In this document: positions 43,234-53,655 of the stretch, one piece after another
Position numbering within the stretch: the first letter of the stretch is position 1
Layout of the letters: each line of letters opens with the position of its first letter
DNA from: Tetramitus jugosus
Lineage: Eukaryota > Protista > Heterolobosea
NCBI GenBank assembly: GCA_937625935.1
Contig: OW569355.1
Span: forward strand, 186,001 to 250,000
Reading direction: 5' to 3'
DNA length: 64,000 nucleotides
Position numbers and translations under genes: made by a program
Notes under the pieces: generated by a model
What the model was told of the DNA's origin: nothing
Databases searched by the model: none
Seen by the model: only the letters and a program-made list of their open reading frames with translations

Positions 43234-45111
43234 TTATATCTCTAACTTAGTTGGCAACTTCCCAATAGTTTGTGTTTCTTCCCACCAATCCAGCTTGAAC
43301 TTTGTACCTTCATCCCATATTTGATCAGTCGTTCTTGTTCGTGGGAATGGTAAAGGTATCTGTCTTGGGCGATTGAGTGCTTTGGTGACCGGTTTTGTTG
43401 AAGATTTTGGTACGTATGCTTGTTTGGCGTACTTGGACACATACTTTCCAATCTGGGTCACAAAACCGACGCACACAGTTTCTCGATCACCATCTCTGAA
43501 GATCACCTTTGCTGTCTTTGGGCATTCCTCCATAGTTGTGAGGCAGAGAGGTGATAGAGCTTGAAATTTTACAATTCCTCCATTCTTTGTTGTGAGGTAC
43601 TGAGGCTGCTTCAGCTCTATTGTCGCTTTCGATTTGTCAAATGCTGATTCAATGCTCAATAACTTACATTCAGCATAGCCACATTGAGCAAAGACATTAG
43701 GTTGCCATCCAGGCTTAATGATCTTGGTAGCACGTGTATTTGTGACCAAGACCAATCGTACTGTAAACTCCTTGACTTCAAACACTGGCTTCTTTTGCTT
43801 TGCAATGACACATCCCGTATAGACATGTCTCTTCTTCTTTTGGGAAGCAAAGTATGGATGATCAGTAAATGTCATGCTCAAATAATCACCAGGATAGGCA
43901 AAATCTACTGGCCTCTTCAGAACTTGCATGCTCTTGATGGATGAGGCGAATCCTGTTGGTTCAATTACAATCTTATTACCGATTGAAACGGTACCAGATA
44001 TAACAGGACCACAAGCTACAACACCAGTATGACCAATTTTGTAAACCTTGTCTACTGCCATGATAAATGGTTGTTCTGATAGTTTTTCGAAATCTGTCAG
44101 GACATCATACTTCTTTCTCACATCGACATCATGCACCGCCTCTTCTCCTTGTGTTGTGGATTCGATACTATATTGCGAATTAAAGTTGGTGACACATGCT
44201 GTCATTGCCTTCTCGAAGTTATTTCTTCTGAGAGTCCGATTGCAAATGTTCAATTGTTCCCAGAGAGAAGGATACTTTCCAGGTGGATACCAAGGTAGAT
44301 CTCCTGTATTTTCCAATATATTAGCACCCGTCTTTGCAGAAACTGGAATAAAAGGAATATGAAGTGGTGATACAACAGAGGAATTCTTGAATATTCTGCC
44401 CAATCGCTTGATCATTTCCTTTGTAATAGTCTGAAATACTGTGAATGATTGCTCTGGTAGTATTTGATCCATCTTATTGATCACAACAACATAGCTTTGA
44501 ACTGACATGACATATGCATTTCTTACCATGTCCAAAACTTGCCCTAAATTCTCATAAAACTCTGTCAGGACACCGCTCACAACCACAACAAGCACATTGG
44601 ATTGACTCATGCCTCGAATACAGTTTTTGACTTGACCAATTCTGCCAGGAGTATCCACAAATGAAAGTGAGTCATCCACACTCATGAAAATACTCTTTCT
44701 GCGCACGTGGAGCGTGCATTTGGCCTTTGCTTCCTCCATTGTGTGATCCATCATTGAAATAATGGACTTACTCAAGCTGTCCTCATCTCTCTCATCAACA
44801 TGTTCATTCACAGTGGTGGCTTTCTTACCCTTCTTCATCTTGTTCATGTCCACAAAACCAGTATCGACCAACAAACGACCCAGAGTGTTGGTTTTGCCAG
44901 ATTGAGAAGCACCAACGAAACCAAAAGTGATACAACGAGGAGCTGTAATCAGATTGGGTTGATAGCAGGACATGGCGTACTGCCATGCACGATTCACACT
45001 CGAAAAGTAATGGGCCATTTCAAAGTCAATCACATTTTCAATGAAGGAAAGAATCAGAACGATGACTTCACTTGGAAGTTGTTCTCTATGCTGAGATTTA
45101 TGTTTTCCCAT
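43234..45111 (-). CDS. Divergent EF1A/HBS1-like translational GTPase with N-terminal F-box-like motif
   Basis: LPSEVIVLILSF..VNRAW; GASQSGKT, DTPGR, NKMD, PVSA; EF1A-like beta-barrel domains II/III (VYKIGHTGVVACG, PGD, RDG..TVCVG). Confidence 0.8.
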   Translation of the reverse strand: MGKHKSQHREQLPSEVIVLILSFIENVIDFEMAHYFSSVNRAWQYAMSCYQPNLITAPRCITFGFVGASQSGKTNTLGRLLVDTGFVDMNKMKKGKKATTVNEHVDERDEDSLSKSIISMMDHTMEEAKAKCTLHVRRKSIFMSVDDSLSFVDTPGRIGQVKNCIRGMSQSNVLVVVVSGVLTEFYENLGQVLDMVRNAYVMSVQSYVVVINKMDQILPEQSFTVFQTITKEMIKRLGRIFKNSSVVSPLHIPFIPVSAKTGANILENTGDLPWYPPGKYPSLWEQLNICNRTLRRNNFEKAMTACVTNFNSQYSIESTTQGEEAVHDVDVRKKYDVLTDFEKLSEQPFIMAVDKVYKIGHTGVVACGPVISGTVSIGNKIVIEPTGFASSIKSMQVLKRPVDFAYPGDYLSMTFTDHPYFASQKKKRHVYTGCVIAKQKKPVFEVKEFTVRLVLVTNTRATKIIKPGWQPNVFAQCGYAECKLLSIESAFDKSKATIELKQPQYLTTKNGGIVKFQALSPLCLTTMEECPKTAKVIFRDGDRETVCVGFVTQIGKYVSKYAKQAYVPKSSTKPVTKALNRPRQIPLPFPRTRTTDQIWDEGTKFKLDWWEETQTIGKLPTKLEI

Positions 45112-45241
45112 GAATGCTCTGCGTTGTGGCTATGATTTGATTTGTTGTCCCTGCTTTTACGCATAAAATCGACAATGAACTTGTAGCGAGAACATGGCGT
45201 GACGGGTGCAATTCCCAAAAGCGAAGAAAGAAATTTTTATG

Positions 45242-46750
45242 TCAAGGAGTAATGTTTTCATGGTCAGAAGTGCACTGATCAATTACTGGCTCAATGTCTT
45301 TGGGTGATGAAGTTGGTTGTTGCTGTGCCAGTGCACTTACAGGGGACTTTGGTGCTTCGCGATAGCTATCTCCTCTCACATGGTAAATGATAACACCACT
45401 GATAACAAGTATTGCAGCGATGCCCCACATCCATGTTACTCCACGACCTCCAAACACAAGTAAACTAACAATCATTGCCCACAGATCACTGCTAAGGAAT
45501 GACAAGTTCATAAATGTAGCACTTGCACGGAACAAAAGTACTGGAACAAGAGAATAGATGCCAAGCATGCTCAAAGAGAATCCTCCGAGGTACAAGTACA
45601 CGTTCATGGGCAGCTTGTGGGTGTATGTGACTATTTCTTGTCTTTCTATCACAAGCATAAGAATGATGCTGTACAGTGTTCCAAAGAGACCTACCATGGA
45701 CAGGTACTCAACAGTGTTATCAACTAGGTGAATAATTGCTTCAGAACGACTTGGTACTCGCTTGTGAGAATGAGTCGAAAGCGATTCTTCAATATAAATG
45801 GCAGGTACATTGTTTGATGGATAGTCAGAAGAGCTATTCAATTCCATTGGATCTTGAGGAGACAGGGGCGATTCTTCGTTGACACTATCGCTTGTGTGAT
45901 GAGCATTAAGTTGGGGTAATACATCACTCGAATCATCATTCAGATGATTGACATGTTCCTCATCGATAACAGTATCACTATTGCCATTACTTGCTTGGTG
46001 GCGTGACAATACAGCTTCCTGAGCTACGTTAGAAATCGCATAAAAGACACTGCCACTGATACATAGCAAATCACCAATCAACGCACGCTTATCGAACGAA
46101 ATGTGATGCGAACCATCTCCCGTATTGATCCTAGCCTCACTCGCAATCACAACGACAACACCAGCGACACACAACACAACGCCACTCAAATGCATCCAAC
46201 CATACTTTCTTCTCAGAAAAACAAAGCTCAATATCAAAACATTGGGTATACTCAAACAATCCAACAATTGTATACTCGTAATCGATGTATAATTGTAAGC
46301 CTTCACCACCAAATAATTTGCAATTGCATCACACAGTGCAATAATTGGGTAAATGTACCAGGGACTGTTCCACGACTTTTTCAACTTTAGTTTTTGAATG
46401 AGAAAGAGAGGCATATAGAATATTGTCAACGTGAAATAACTAATCGAGTTTTGCACGGTCGGAGTTGAAATGTTGTGAAATTGTGTGAGAGATTGAGAGA
46501 AGACACCAGTCATGCACAGCAACAGAGATATCAATTGAGATAGCATCACAGTCAGTGCAATATTCAATATGGAGACGATTGTTTCTCGCCATGTTCTCTT
46601 TTCCCTTTTCCGTGTTTCTCCATTGTTGTTGTTGTTGTGATGGTCAAATGGGTGGTTGTTGTTGTTGTTTTTGTGCATGGCTGTTAACGATGACGATGAT
46701 GGACTCCGCGTATCAAAGTCCTCATTGTCATCATATTCTTGGAGTTGCAT
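45242..46750 (-). CDS. SLC35F1/F2-family drug/metabolite transporter
   Basis: ANYLVVKAYNYTSITSIQLLDC, GDLLC..FYAISNVAQE, SATFMNLSFLSSDLW; start codon uncertain. Confidence 0.88.
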   Translation of the reverse strand: MQLQEYDDNEDFDTRSPSSSSLTAMHKNNNNNHPFDHHNNNNNGETRKREKRTWRETIVSILNIALTVMLSQLISLLLCMTGVFSQSLTQFHNISTPTVQNSISYFTLTIFYMPLFLIQKLKLKKSWNSPWYIYPIIALCDAIANYLVVKAYNYTSITSIQLLDCLSIPNVLILSFVFLRRKYGWMHLSGVVLCVAGVVVVIASEARINTGDGSHHISFDKRALIGDLLCISGSVFYAISNVAQEAVLSRHQASNGNSDTVIDEEHVNHLNDDSSDVLPQLNAHHTSDSVNEESPLSPQDPMELNSSSDYPSNNVPAIYIEESLSTHSHKRVPSRSEAIIHLVDNTVEYLSMVGLFGTLYSIILMLVIERQEIVTYTHKLPMNVYLYLGGFSLSMLGIYSLVPVLLFRASATFMNLSFLSSDLWAMIVSLLVFGGRGVTWMWGIAAILVISGVIIYHVRGDSYREAPKSPVSALAQQQPTSSPKDIEPVIDQCTSDHENITP

Positions 46751-47005
46751 CGACGATTTAATTAAATTATTGTACTGAGTGCTGCACGGTATGAGAGAGT
46801 TTTCACAATTGTTGTTCGCTTTTGGTGTGGAATTCGAATTGGAAATGTGCGTTTGTTGCCTTGAACCCGAGGAAAATTTTTCTTCGCGGATCGGAGTTGA
46901 TAGCAAGTTGAACCAAAACTGAAAAACGACGAGATCTCACAAGAGAGCACCACCAGCCCATCATCCATTTGAGGAAAACAGAGCGAGAAGCCAAAGAACA
47001 AGCAA

Positions 47006-47710
47006 ATGACGACAGTTATGATTGATCAAAGTTTTGCGAGCAGTAGTGCAATACCTGCAAACAACAAGGTCACCACCTATTGTGATTATGAATCGAATTA
47101 TATCAAGAATGGTATTCTCCGATCCCTCAATGATCCATCTTCCACTTGCTTGCTGACAGTGACAAAGCAACAGCAACAAAACACTTCATTTCATGTGCAG
47201 AATGATCATGATCGGTTAATTACAGTCGTAACAGAGAAACCATTGATGAATCCGACTCGCTTACGATTTGAAATGATGAGACAATTGAGTGGAATGCCTG
47301 TTGTTCATTACACGCAGCCACAAGTCAAAGAACACCTGGATCTTGAAGCTGTAAGAGAGAATCGACTATTACACGCGCTTACAGCGCTTGAGCAGCGTCG
47401 GCGGCAACTCGAAGAAGAGGAACAAGAGTTTGAGAATGAGTTGTACAATGGTGATGATGACGATGAAGAGGATGAAGATAACGACGAGAGTGACTACATG
47501 AGTATTGAGACGAACAACATGTCAAGGAACACGATTACGACTCCGAGAGGAGAAGTGGACTTGATGAGTGATGAACCGTTTTCAGAAGATGAATTGATGT
47601 TGTGGAGTGGAGTCATTGGTGGTCGAGGAATCCTTAGCGAATCCTCTGATGAAGATGACTCTGAGAATGAATACATGGACAATGGGGACGAAAATGGTCG
47701 ATACTATTGA
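47006..47710 (+). CDS. Uncharacterised acidic protein
   Basis: 234-aa ORF with a short coiled coil and D/E-rich C-terminus. Confidence 0.6.
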   Translation: MTTVMIDQSFASSSAIPANNKVTTYCDYESNYIKNGILRSLNDPSSTCLLTVTKQQQQNTSFHVQNDHDRLITVVTEKPLMNPTRLRFEMMRQLSGMPVVHYTQPQVKEHLDLEAVRENRLLHALTALEQRRRQLEEEEQEFENELYNGDDDDEEDEDNDESDYMSIETNNMSRNTITTPRGEVDLMSDEPFSEDELMLWSGVIGGRGILSESSDEDDSENEYMDNGDENGRYY

Positions 47711-47886
47711 GAAATCATTGTTGCTCGCCATTCCAATCACACTTGAATATCACACCTTCTGTTGTGCTTCGTGTGTCCATTCGAGTCACTTGAGAGAACC
47801 AAAAAGTTAAAAATAAAAGAACAACAAAACAATCAAAAAAACAAATAGTTCTATCTATCGATCCTCTCTGAGAATAATAACATATC

Positions 47887-48600
47887 ATGTTCTTTGTACC
47901 ACTAGGACAAAAAAAAGATGATACGCGGCTCATCATCACCCAAATCATTCTGATGCAATGCTGTCACTACTTTTTTCTCGGTGTTTGGCTCGCTGTGATT
48001 GGAGCCATTTTTCGCGTACCGCCCACCATTGAACTATTCTTCTCCTACAAGGCATTCAACTTGTTTAATCGAGTGGGTTGGGTCTCCTTTATCAGTTGGA
48101 TAGCAAACGCATTTTTGGGATCCATTCTGTGTCTGTTGGTGGTTCAGAGAGCAGTCAAGTGCTTGGATCACACAGTCACTGTCTATATCGTTCATTTTGT
48201 GTTGTGTCTGTTGTACAAGGGATTTCCATTGTATTGGGAATGGTGGGTGATGATGTTGGTGTGTGTTGCGATTACAGCTCTGCTGGGTGAATATGTGTGT
48301 TATCAGGTGGAGAGCAGAGACATTCCATTGATTGGTGCACCACCGGTATCATCATCGTCATCTTCTGCGCACAGTGGAGAGAGATTGCGCGGCAATTCAT
48401 CAGCACTCTTGTCGTCGTCGTCTCATCCATCGAGGTCGACCAGTATGTTTGACGATGATGATGAAGATGAGCATGGATCAGAGGAAACGGATGTGCACTC
48501 ATCAAACGATCACATTATCCAAGTAAACGATTCACAACAACAACAGCAACAACAGCAACAACAGCAGCAACAACAAGAACAGCAACAACAACAACGGTAA
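47887..48600 (+). CDS. SYS1: Golgi trafficking protein SYS1
   Basis: LIITQIILMQ..Y, VQRAVKCLD..T..HF, FP..WW, LGEYVC..E..DI. Confidence 0.88.
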   Translation: MFFVPLGQKKDDTRLIITQIILMQCCHYFFLGVWLAVIGAIFRVPPTIELFFSYKAFNLFNRVGWVSFISWIANAFLGSILCLLVVQRAVKCLDHTVTVYIVHFVLCLLYKGFPLYWEWWVMMLVCVAITALLGEYVCYQVESRDIPLIGAPPVSSSSSSAHSGERLRGNSSALLSSSSHPSRSTSMFDDDDEDEHGSEETDVHSSNDHIIQVNDSQQQQQQQQQQQQQQEQQQQQR

Positions 48601-48642
48601 ACGCAAGATAGTGTTGCATTTGAGTGAATTCGAATCATTTGT

Positions 48643-49707
48643 TTATTGATAATCAAAAATCACCACTTTTCCATCTGATCCAGCAGCGACCAAGTGGTCA
48701 TTGCCTGCCACTTCGACGCTATTACATGGTTTATTGTCGCACACACCGACACCATACTGACATTTACCTGTCAAGAAATCATGAACGAGAACCCATCCAT
48801 TGCGTGCTCCACTAAAGATTAAATTATCTCGCACAGCAAGTGAATAAATCTCTCCTTCGTGACCCTTAATATTCTGCCTGATTTGAAATCCTTTTCTCGG
48901 ATCCAATGTTCGTATCAGCTTGTTGGAGCCAGCCAGTATCACACACGGATGAGGATCACTTGGTGTTTGTTCTGGACTGCTGACTTTCATGTCATTTATG
49001 GCCCCGTTCATGGCATCAATCTTATGTACCAAGTTACATGTTCGAAGATCCCACACTCCAACCTTCCCTCTCATACATCCAGTGAGTAACACATTGGAGT
49101 TCTGTTCCACGTCAATAGAAGATATTGGAGCATCATGCTCTTCCAAAACACTTATTAGTGTTCCAGTGTTGACATCCCATACTCCCACCAATCCATCACT
49201 TCCAGCACTACACAGCAGAGAGTTCTTCCAGAAGAAGCTTCTAACAGCCTTCTTGTGTCCATTCTTCGATGCTAGAGTGGACAGGCATTGTTGTGTATCC
49301 AAGTTCCAAACTTTTAGCGTCTTATCATATGAAGAGCTGACAGCAACATTCCTATTCTCTGCGCACTGTACCTTGCTAATGGAAGCTTGATGTCCGAGTA
49401 GGTCAACACACCGATTGGAATTGGCTTCCCAGAGACATAGTTTACTGTCCATGGCACCTGACAATATCCTTCCATCAAACTTTACAAAGTCTACTGTTGT
49501 TACTTGTTCCTTATGTCCATATTGTTTCGTAAATAATTCTCTCCTTAGTTCGCCAGAATCAATGCTAAATACTTTGAGACCATGATCATCACTGGCAGTC
49601 ACTAATTCATCACCTCGGATACAAATACAATTTATAGGGCGATCATGTGCATCTATTAATCTGTCATTAATGGGACCTTTTAGCCACTGTTTACTTAGAG
49701 TTGCCAT
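48643..49707 (-). CDS. WD40-repeat protein
   Basis: About seven GH...WD/WN repeats. Confidence 0.92.
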   Translation of the reverse strand: MATLSKQWLKGPINDRLIDAHDRPINCICIRGDELVTASDDHGLKVFSIDSGELRRELFTKQYGHKEQVTTVDFVKFDGRILSGAMDSKLCLWEANSNRCVDLLGHQASISKVQCAENRNVAVSSSYDKTLKVWNLDTQQCLSTLASKNGHKKAVRSFFWKNSLLCSAGSDGLVGVWDVNTGTLISVLEEHDAPISSIDVEQNSNVLLTGCMRGKVGVWDLRTCNLVHKIDAMNGAINDMKVSSPEQTPSDPHPCVILAGSNKLIRTLDPRKGFQIRQNIKGHEGEIYSLAVRDNLIFSGARNGWVLVHDFLTGKCQYGVGVCDNKPCNSVEVAGNDHLVAAGSDGKVVIFDYQ

Positions 49708-49952
49708 CCTGTGTAATTTTCTGTGAGCAAAACTTGTAGCTCAGATTTGGCGCGAGGCTCGTCGGAGAAACTATCAATCGGAGTATTAGAGTGAACAAAG
49801 CCAGAACTGTCAATGAACCGATGTCCTGTCTTTGTTCAGCCACAGTTCCATCAATGACCGACCGAATACTTAAGGTTGACAAGAACCCCATGATGAAACA
49901 ATTCAACAACAAGTAGAGAAACCAAAAGAATTCAAGTATCAAAAAATAAAAC

Positions 49953-50552
49953 ATGAGTGACTGTTCAATCAAAATTGTAATTGTTGGAGATGGAGCCGTA
50001 GGAAAGACGAGTCTATTGGTCTCCTACTCTGAAAATAGGTTCCCAGAGGATTACCAACCAAGTGTTTTTGATAATTATGCAGCAAATGTTCTCTTCGAAG
50101 ATCAAATCATATCATTGCAACTGTGGGACACTGCTGGACAGTCAGATTATGATCGATTGCGTCCACTGAGCTATCCTGAGACAAACTGTTTCATCCTAGC
50201 TTACTCAAGCATCAATCCTGTTTCCTTCGCAAACGCCGAAACAAAGTGGTACCCAGAATTAAGATATTACTGTCCCGACACTCCAATCGTGCTTGTTGCG
50301 ACAAAGATCGACCTGAGAGAAGACGAAGAAACACTAAAGAAATTAAGCATCAAGGAACAATCACCAGTCACATACCAAATGGGAATCTCCCTTAAGAATA
50401 GTGTCGGTGCTTATGACTTTGTGGAAGCATCTGCTAAGACTCAAAAGAATTTGAAGAATGTGTTTGATTGTTGCATCAGATCTGTCTTGAGGCCCCCTAT
50501 CCAAAACTCAAGAGTAGGCTCGAGAAAGAGACTTAAATGCTCTATTTGTTAA
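49953..50552 (+). CDS. Rho/Rac family small GTPase
   Basis: GDGAVGKT, PSVFDNY, WDTAGQ..YDRLRPLSYP, TKIDLR; CaaX-like CSIC. Confidence 0.95.
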   Translation: MSDCSIKIVIVGDGAVGKTSLLVSYSENRFPEDYQPSVFDNYAANVLFEDQIISLQLWDTAGQSDYDRLRPLSYPETNCFILAYSSINPVSFANAETKWYPELRYYCPDTPIVLVATKIDLREDEETLKKLSIKEQSPVTYQMGISLKNSVGAYDFVEASAKTQKNLKNVFDCCIRSVLRPPIQNSRVGSRKRLKCSIC

Positions 50553-50719
50553 AGGAACTCGGATGCCTTCCCCTGTAAAATAAAGACTCAATTTTAAGAA
50601 AATCTGCTAACTACCCTCTAAATTGTGAAGATCATGTTCGCTTTTTTCTTCGAAAGGATGTTCCAGCTTTCAAGTTTTCTCAGCTGCCAACACGACCAAA
50701 AACAAAACCACCAACAAAG

Positions 50720-51148
50720 ATGTCAATTGTTCATTCATTCGCCTTCATACAACGGACCACAGGCAAGAACAAACACCGCAGAAATCAAGGAAGGAGTTCT
50801 CACAAAAAGAAAACTGGCCGCTCAAGCATGAGAAACAAATGTACAAAGAGACAGGAGAGGGAGCCTGAAGAAGTACAAATGGACAATGATTTGTCCAAGC
50901 AAATGTTCATACAGGCCAATGAAGAAGCTCATCGATTGGAGAGGATCCAATATCACTTGCTATATAGAGAACAGCACAGGAAGGATCGCAACACGAAGAA
51001 ACCTCAACAAAAGAAGGTATCCCAGGCCCGAGATGATCTACTTCGAACATGGACCGAAGAACGAGAGCGTACCTTCCCAGTAGATGAAATTCCATCAATG
51101 AAGGAGTGTATTTATTGTTTGAATGCGTTCAGTAACTGCGCATTGTGA
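50720..51148 (+). CDS. Small basic protein, tandem paralogue 1
   Basis: K/R-rich; aligns to 51310-51660 (GKNK, KK.TGRS, KC..RQERE, VQMD, QMFI, RNTKKPQQK). Confidence 0.65.
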   Translation: MSIVHSFAFIQRTTGKNKHRRNQGRSSHKKKTGRSSMRNKCTKRQEREPEEVQMDNDLSKQMFIQANEEAHRLERIQYHLLYREQHRKDRNTKKPQQKKVSQARDDLLRTWTEERERTFPVDEIPSMKECIYCLNAFSNCAL

Positions 51149-51309
51149 TCTCTTCAATCTTCGGAGCACTCAGTAATAGTACTAAAAAACTTCCCACGAA
51201 GAAAAAGTTCATTTTTCTTAGTTCCCAGAGTGGCAATAATAGCCAGTTCGTGTGCTTTCGGCCCTTGCACACAGATAGAAAAAAAAGAACAGACAACAAC
51301 CAAAGCAAG

Positions 51310-51660
51310 ATGTCTCGTACCTATGTCATTTATAGAGCCTACGGAGGAAAGAACAAACGCCCCAGAAAGAAAGAAAGAAGTCCCAACAAAAAGAATACTG
51401 GCCGCTCGAACTTGAGAAAAAAGTGCTTGGAAAGACAGGAGAGAGAGCTGCAAGAAGAAGCCGAATACAAGTCTTTTGTACAGATGGATCACAATGATAT
51501 TACGCGACAAATGTTCATACTTGAGAAGCAAGCAGATCGCCGATTAGAAGTGCTGAATTATCACATGTACGACAGAGAACGATATAAGAAGGTTCGAAAC
51601 ACGAAGAAACCCCAACAAAAGGAAGTATCGAGGGAGCGAGATGGCAAGATCCCCTATTGA
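51310..51660 (+). CDS. Small basic protein, tandem paralogue 2
   Basis: ATG 51310; homologous to 50720-51148. Confidence 0.65.
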   Translation: MSRTYVIYRAYGGKNKRPRKKERSPNKKNTGRSNLRKKCLERQERELQEEAEYKSFVQMDHNDITRQMFILEKQADRRLEVLNYHMYDRERYKKVRNTKKPQQKEVSRERDGKIPY

Positions 51661-51677
51661 GCTTATCAAAACTGTAG

Positions 51678-51750
51678 CGCCCACCGAGGGGCTCGAACCC
51701 TCGACCACAAGGTTAAGAGCCTTGCGCTCTACCGACTGAGCTAGACGGGC
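51678..51750 (-). tRNA. tRNA-Lys (CTT)
   Basis: GCCCGTCTAGCTCAGTCGGTAGAGCGCAAGGCTCTTAACCTTGTGGTCGAGGGTTCGAGCCCCTCGGTGGGCG cloverleaf; TTTT at 51668-51671. Confidence 0.97.
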
Positions 51751-52034
51751 CATATATTCATGTTTCAAATGTCAAAAACATGAGCGGAGAATTCGCGTAA
51801 TGAGCTGGCGAAGAACGGAATGGAGTTAGAATCAGGAAATCTTAGAGGGCCCTGAAGGAAAGGGAGAATTCATGTCATCATTAGGTTTTGGGCTGTGTCC
51901 TGAATTCTTCTTCATGGGTTGTGGGCTTCTGCGTGAATATTTTCGTTCGTTGCAGATGTGATTTGTTTTCTGTTGATCTGTGTTTTCTGGTTTCTGGAAA
52001 TAGAATATTTTTATGTACAGAGTAAACACCTTGC

Positions 52035-52844
52035 TTAGAAATTGTTATTTGTTGGTTTGGAATCACTAGTTTCTTGTCTTTGCACCTGTATCTGATATGG
52101 TTGATACAACGATGAAGGCTGATAGTACTCTTGATATTGTGGTTGTGATTGTTGTTGCTGTGGCTGTTGTGGCTGATAGTACATGACTGGTTGTTGTGGC
52201 TGTGGTTGATAATGCACGTAACCTTGTTGTTGTTGTGGTACTTGATAAGCTTGTTGGGACTGTGGCTGATTGAAAGCTAAACCTCTTGTATCAACAATCT
52301 CAATGGTAGGTCCACTGGACAATAGAATAATCACTCTACGGTTGTTCTTGTATGTTAAAAATCGTCCAAAACCCCTCTCTGTGTCATAATCCTTGAGCAT
52401 CAACTGTAAATGAGATGGCGCGTAAATGGAAGCATTCTGACTGGACAAAAAGCCCAAGAGCTCATCTCTAATTTCCCGATGTGTCTTTTGATTCTTGTTC
52501 TTGGAAATGTAGGCTGGCACTAGGATACACACAATCATCAAGGAAACCAGTGCAACAATCACAGGGGCAATCAAATAAGGCAATCTAGCCCACAGTGTCA
52601 AACCAACACTCAACACGACGGCAGGAGTAAAAACAACAGTGGAAATGAGAAGAGACAGAGTAACAGTCAGTGTTCTTCTCCTTTCAATGGACTTTAATCG
52701 ATCGTACATGATTTGATCGCACTTGTGCAGTGTGGCAGCATAGGTCTGTGGTGAGATGCCATGGGGTTGACTTTGAAGGACGACTGGGAATTGGTGATCC
52801 CAACTCATCGTATCACTGTTATATGTTACTTTATAGATGCTCAT
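52035..52844 (-). CDS. Two-TM protein with Erf4/golgin-A7-like N-terminus and Q/P/Y-rich tail
   Basis: FP..L..GISPQTY..TL..CD motif; two hydrophobic helices. Confidence 0.55.
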   Translation of the reverse strand: MSIYKVTYNSDTMSWDHQFPVVLQSQPHGISPQTYAATLHKCDQIMYDRLKSIERRRTLTVTLSLLISTVVFTPAVVLSVGLTLWARLPYLIAPVIVALVSLMIVCILVPAYISKNKNQKTHREIRDELLGFLSSQNASIYAPSHLQLMLKDYDTERGFGRFLTYKNNRRVIILLSSGPTIEIVDTRGLAFNQPQSQQAYQVPQQQQGYVHYQPQPQQPVMYYQPQQPQQQQSQPQYQEYYQPSSLYQPYQIQVQRQETSDSKPTNNNF

Positions 52845-52933
52845 TGTTGTTGTTGTTATTTGTTGTTATTGTTTAGTTGTGGGAAAAGGTGTCGAATTGG
52901 ATTAATTTTTTTGTCGCGCTTTTCAAGGACTAA

Positions 52934-53655
52934 ATGTTCGAATGTCCTTGTGGAAGCTATCATGTAGATAACTCCATTCTCCGATGGGGGTTCGATCACC
53001 CAAAAAGAAAGCACATTCACTTCAAATTCATATGCATGCATGATCAACAGTTAGCAACGGTGAGAATTCTGACCGAAGATCAAGCCTTGTCCATTATTCA
53101 GTCTTGTTTACAATCGACACACTTGGCACAAAATCTCACGAATCAATCACAACAGACAAACAGCTTCTCAGTTGGTGATGGCAGCACTCTCACAGGTTCT
53201 TCTCACAAACAGTTGATCCAGCAACTGTGGATCGGATTCATAAACTTGAAAAATCAACAAATGACCGAACAAGAAAAAGGCGCCAATTCTTCTGCCGCGC
53301 CAACGGCAGCAACCGCTACAGTAGGTAAAGCTTTCAAGTCATCATCCAGAGAAGCAACAAGGAGCAAAAAGAACAAAAGTAGTTTAGCTCCAATGTATTC
53401 AGAACAGGATGTCATGTGGATCCTATGTTTTACTATATTGTTTTTTGTCAGTTGTATTCGTCTGATGAACATTCTCTTACTTCGGAAAAAACAATAGATG
53501 TGTCATGCAGTTTATTTGCTTTCACAACAAAAGTACCTTGTGCCATCTGCGGTCACATGCTGGAGCCAGTGTGTCCAAACAGCAATGACAAAGAGAAGGA
53601 CAATGAACAACACTTTACCCTCATTCAAACAACAAGAATAAAACGAGTCATCTAA
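52934..53655 (+). CDS. Uncharacterised protein, probably spliced, with Cys/His-rich ends
   Basis: 187-aa ORF plus a probable 3' exon (CAICGH) after AG at ~53498. Confidence 0.4.
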
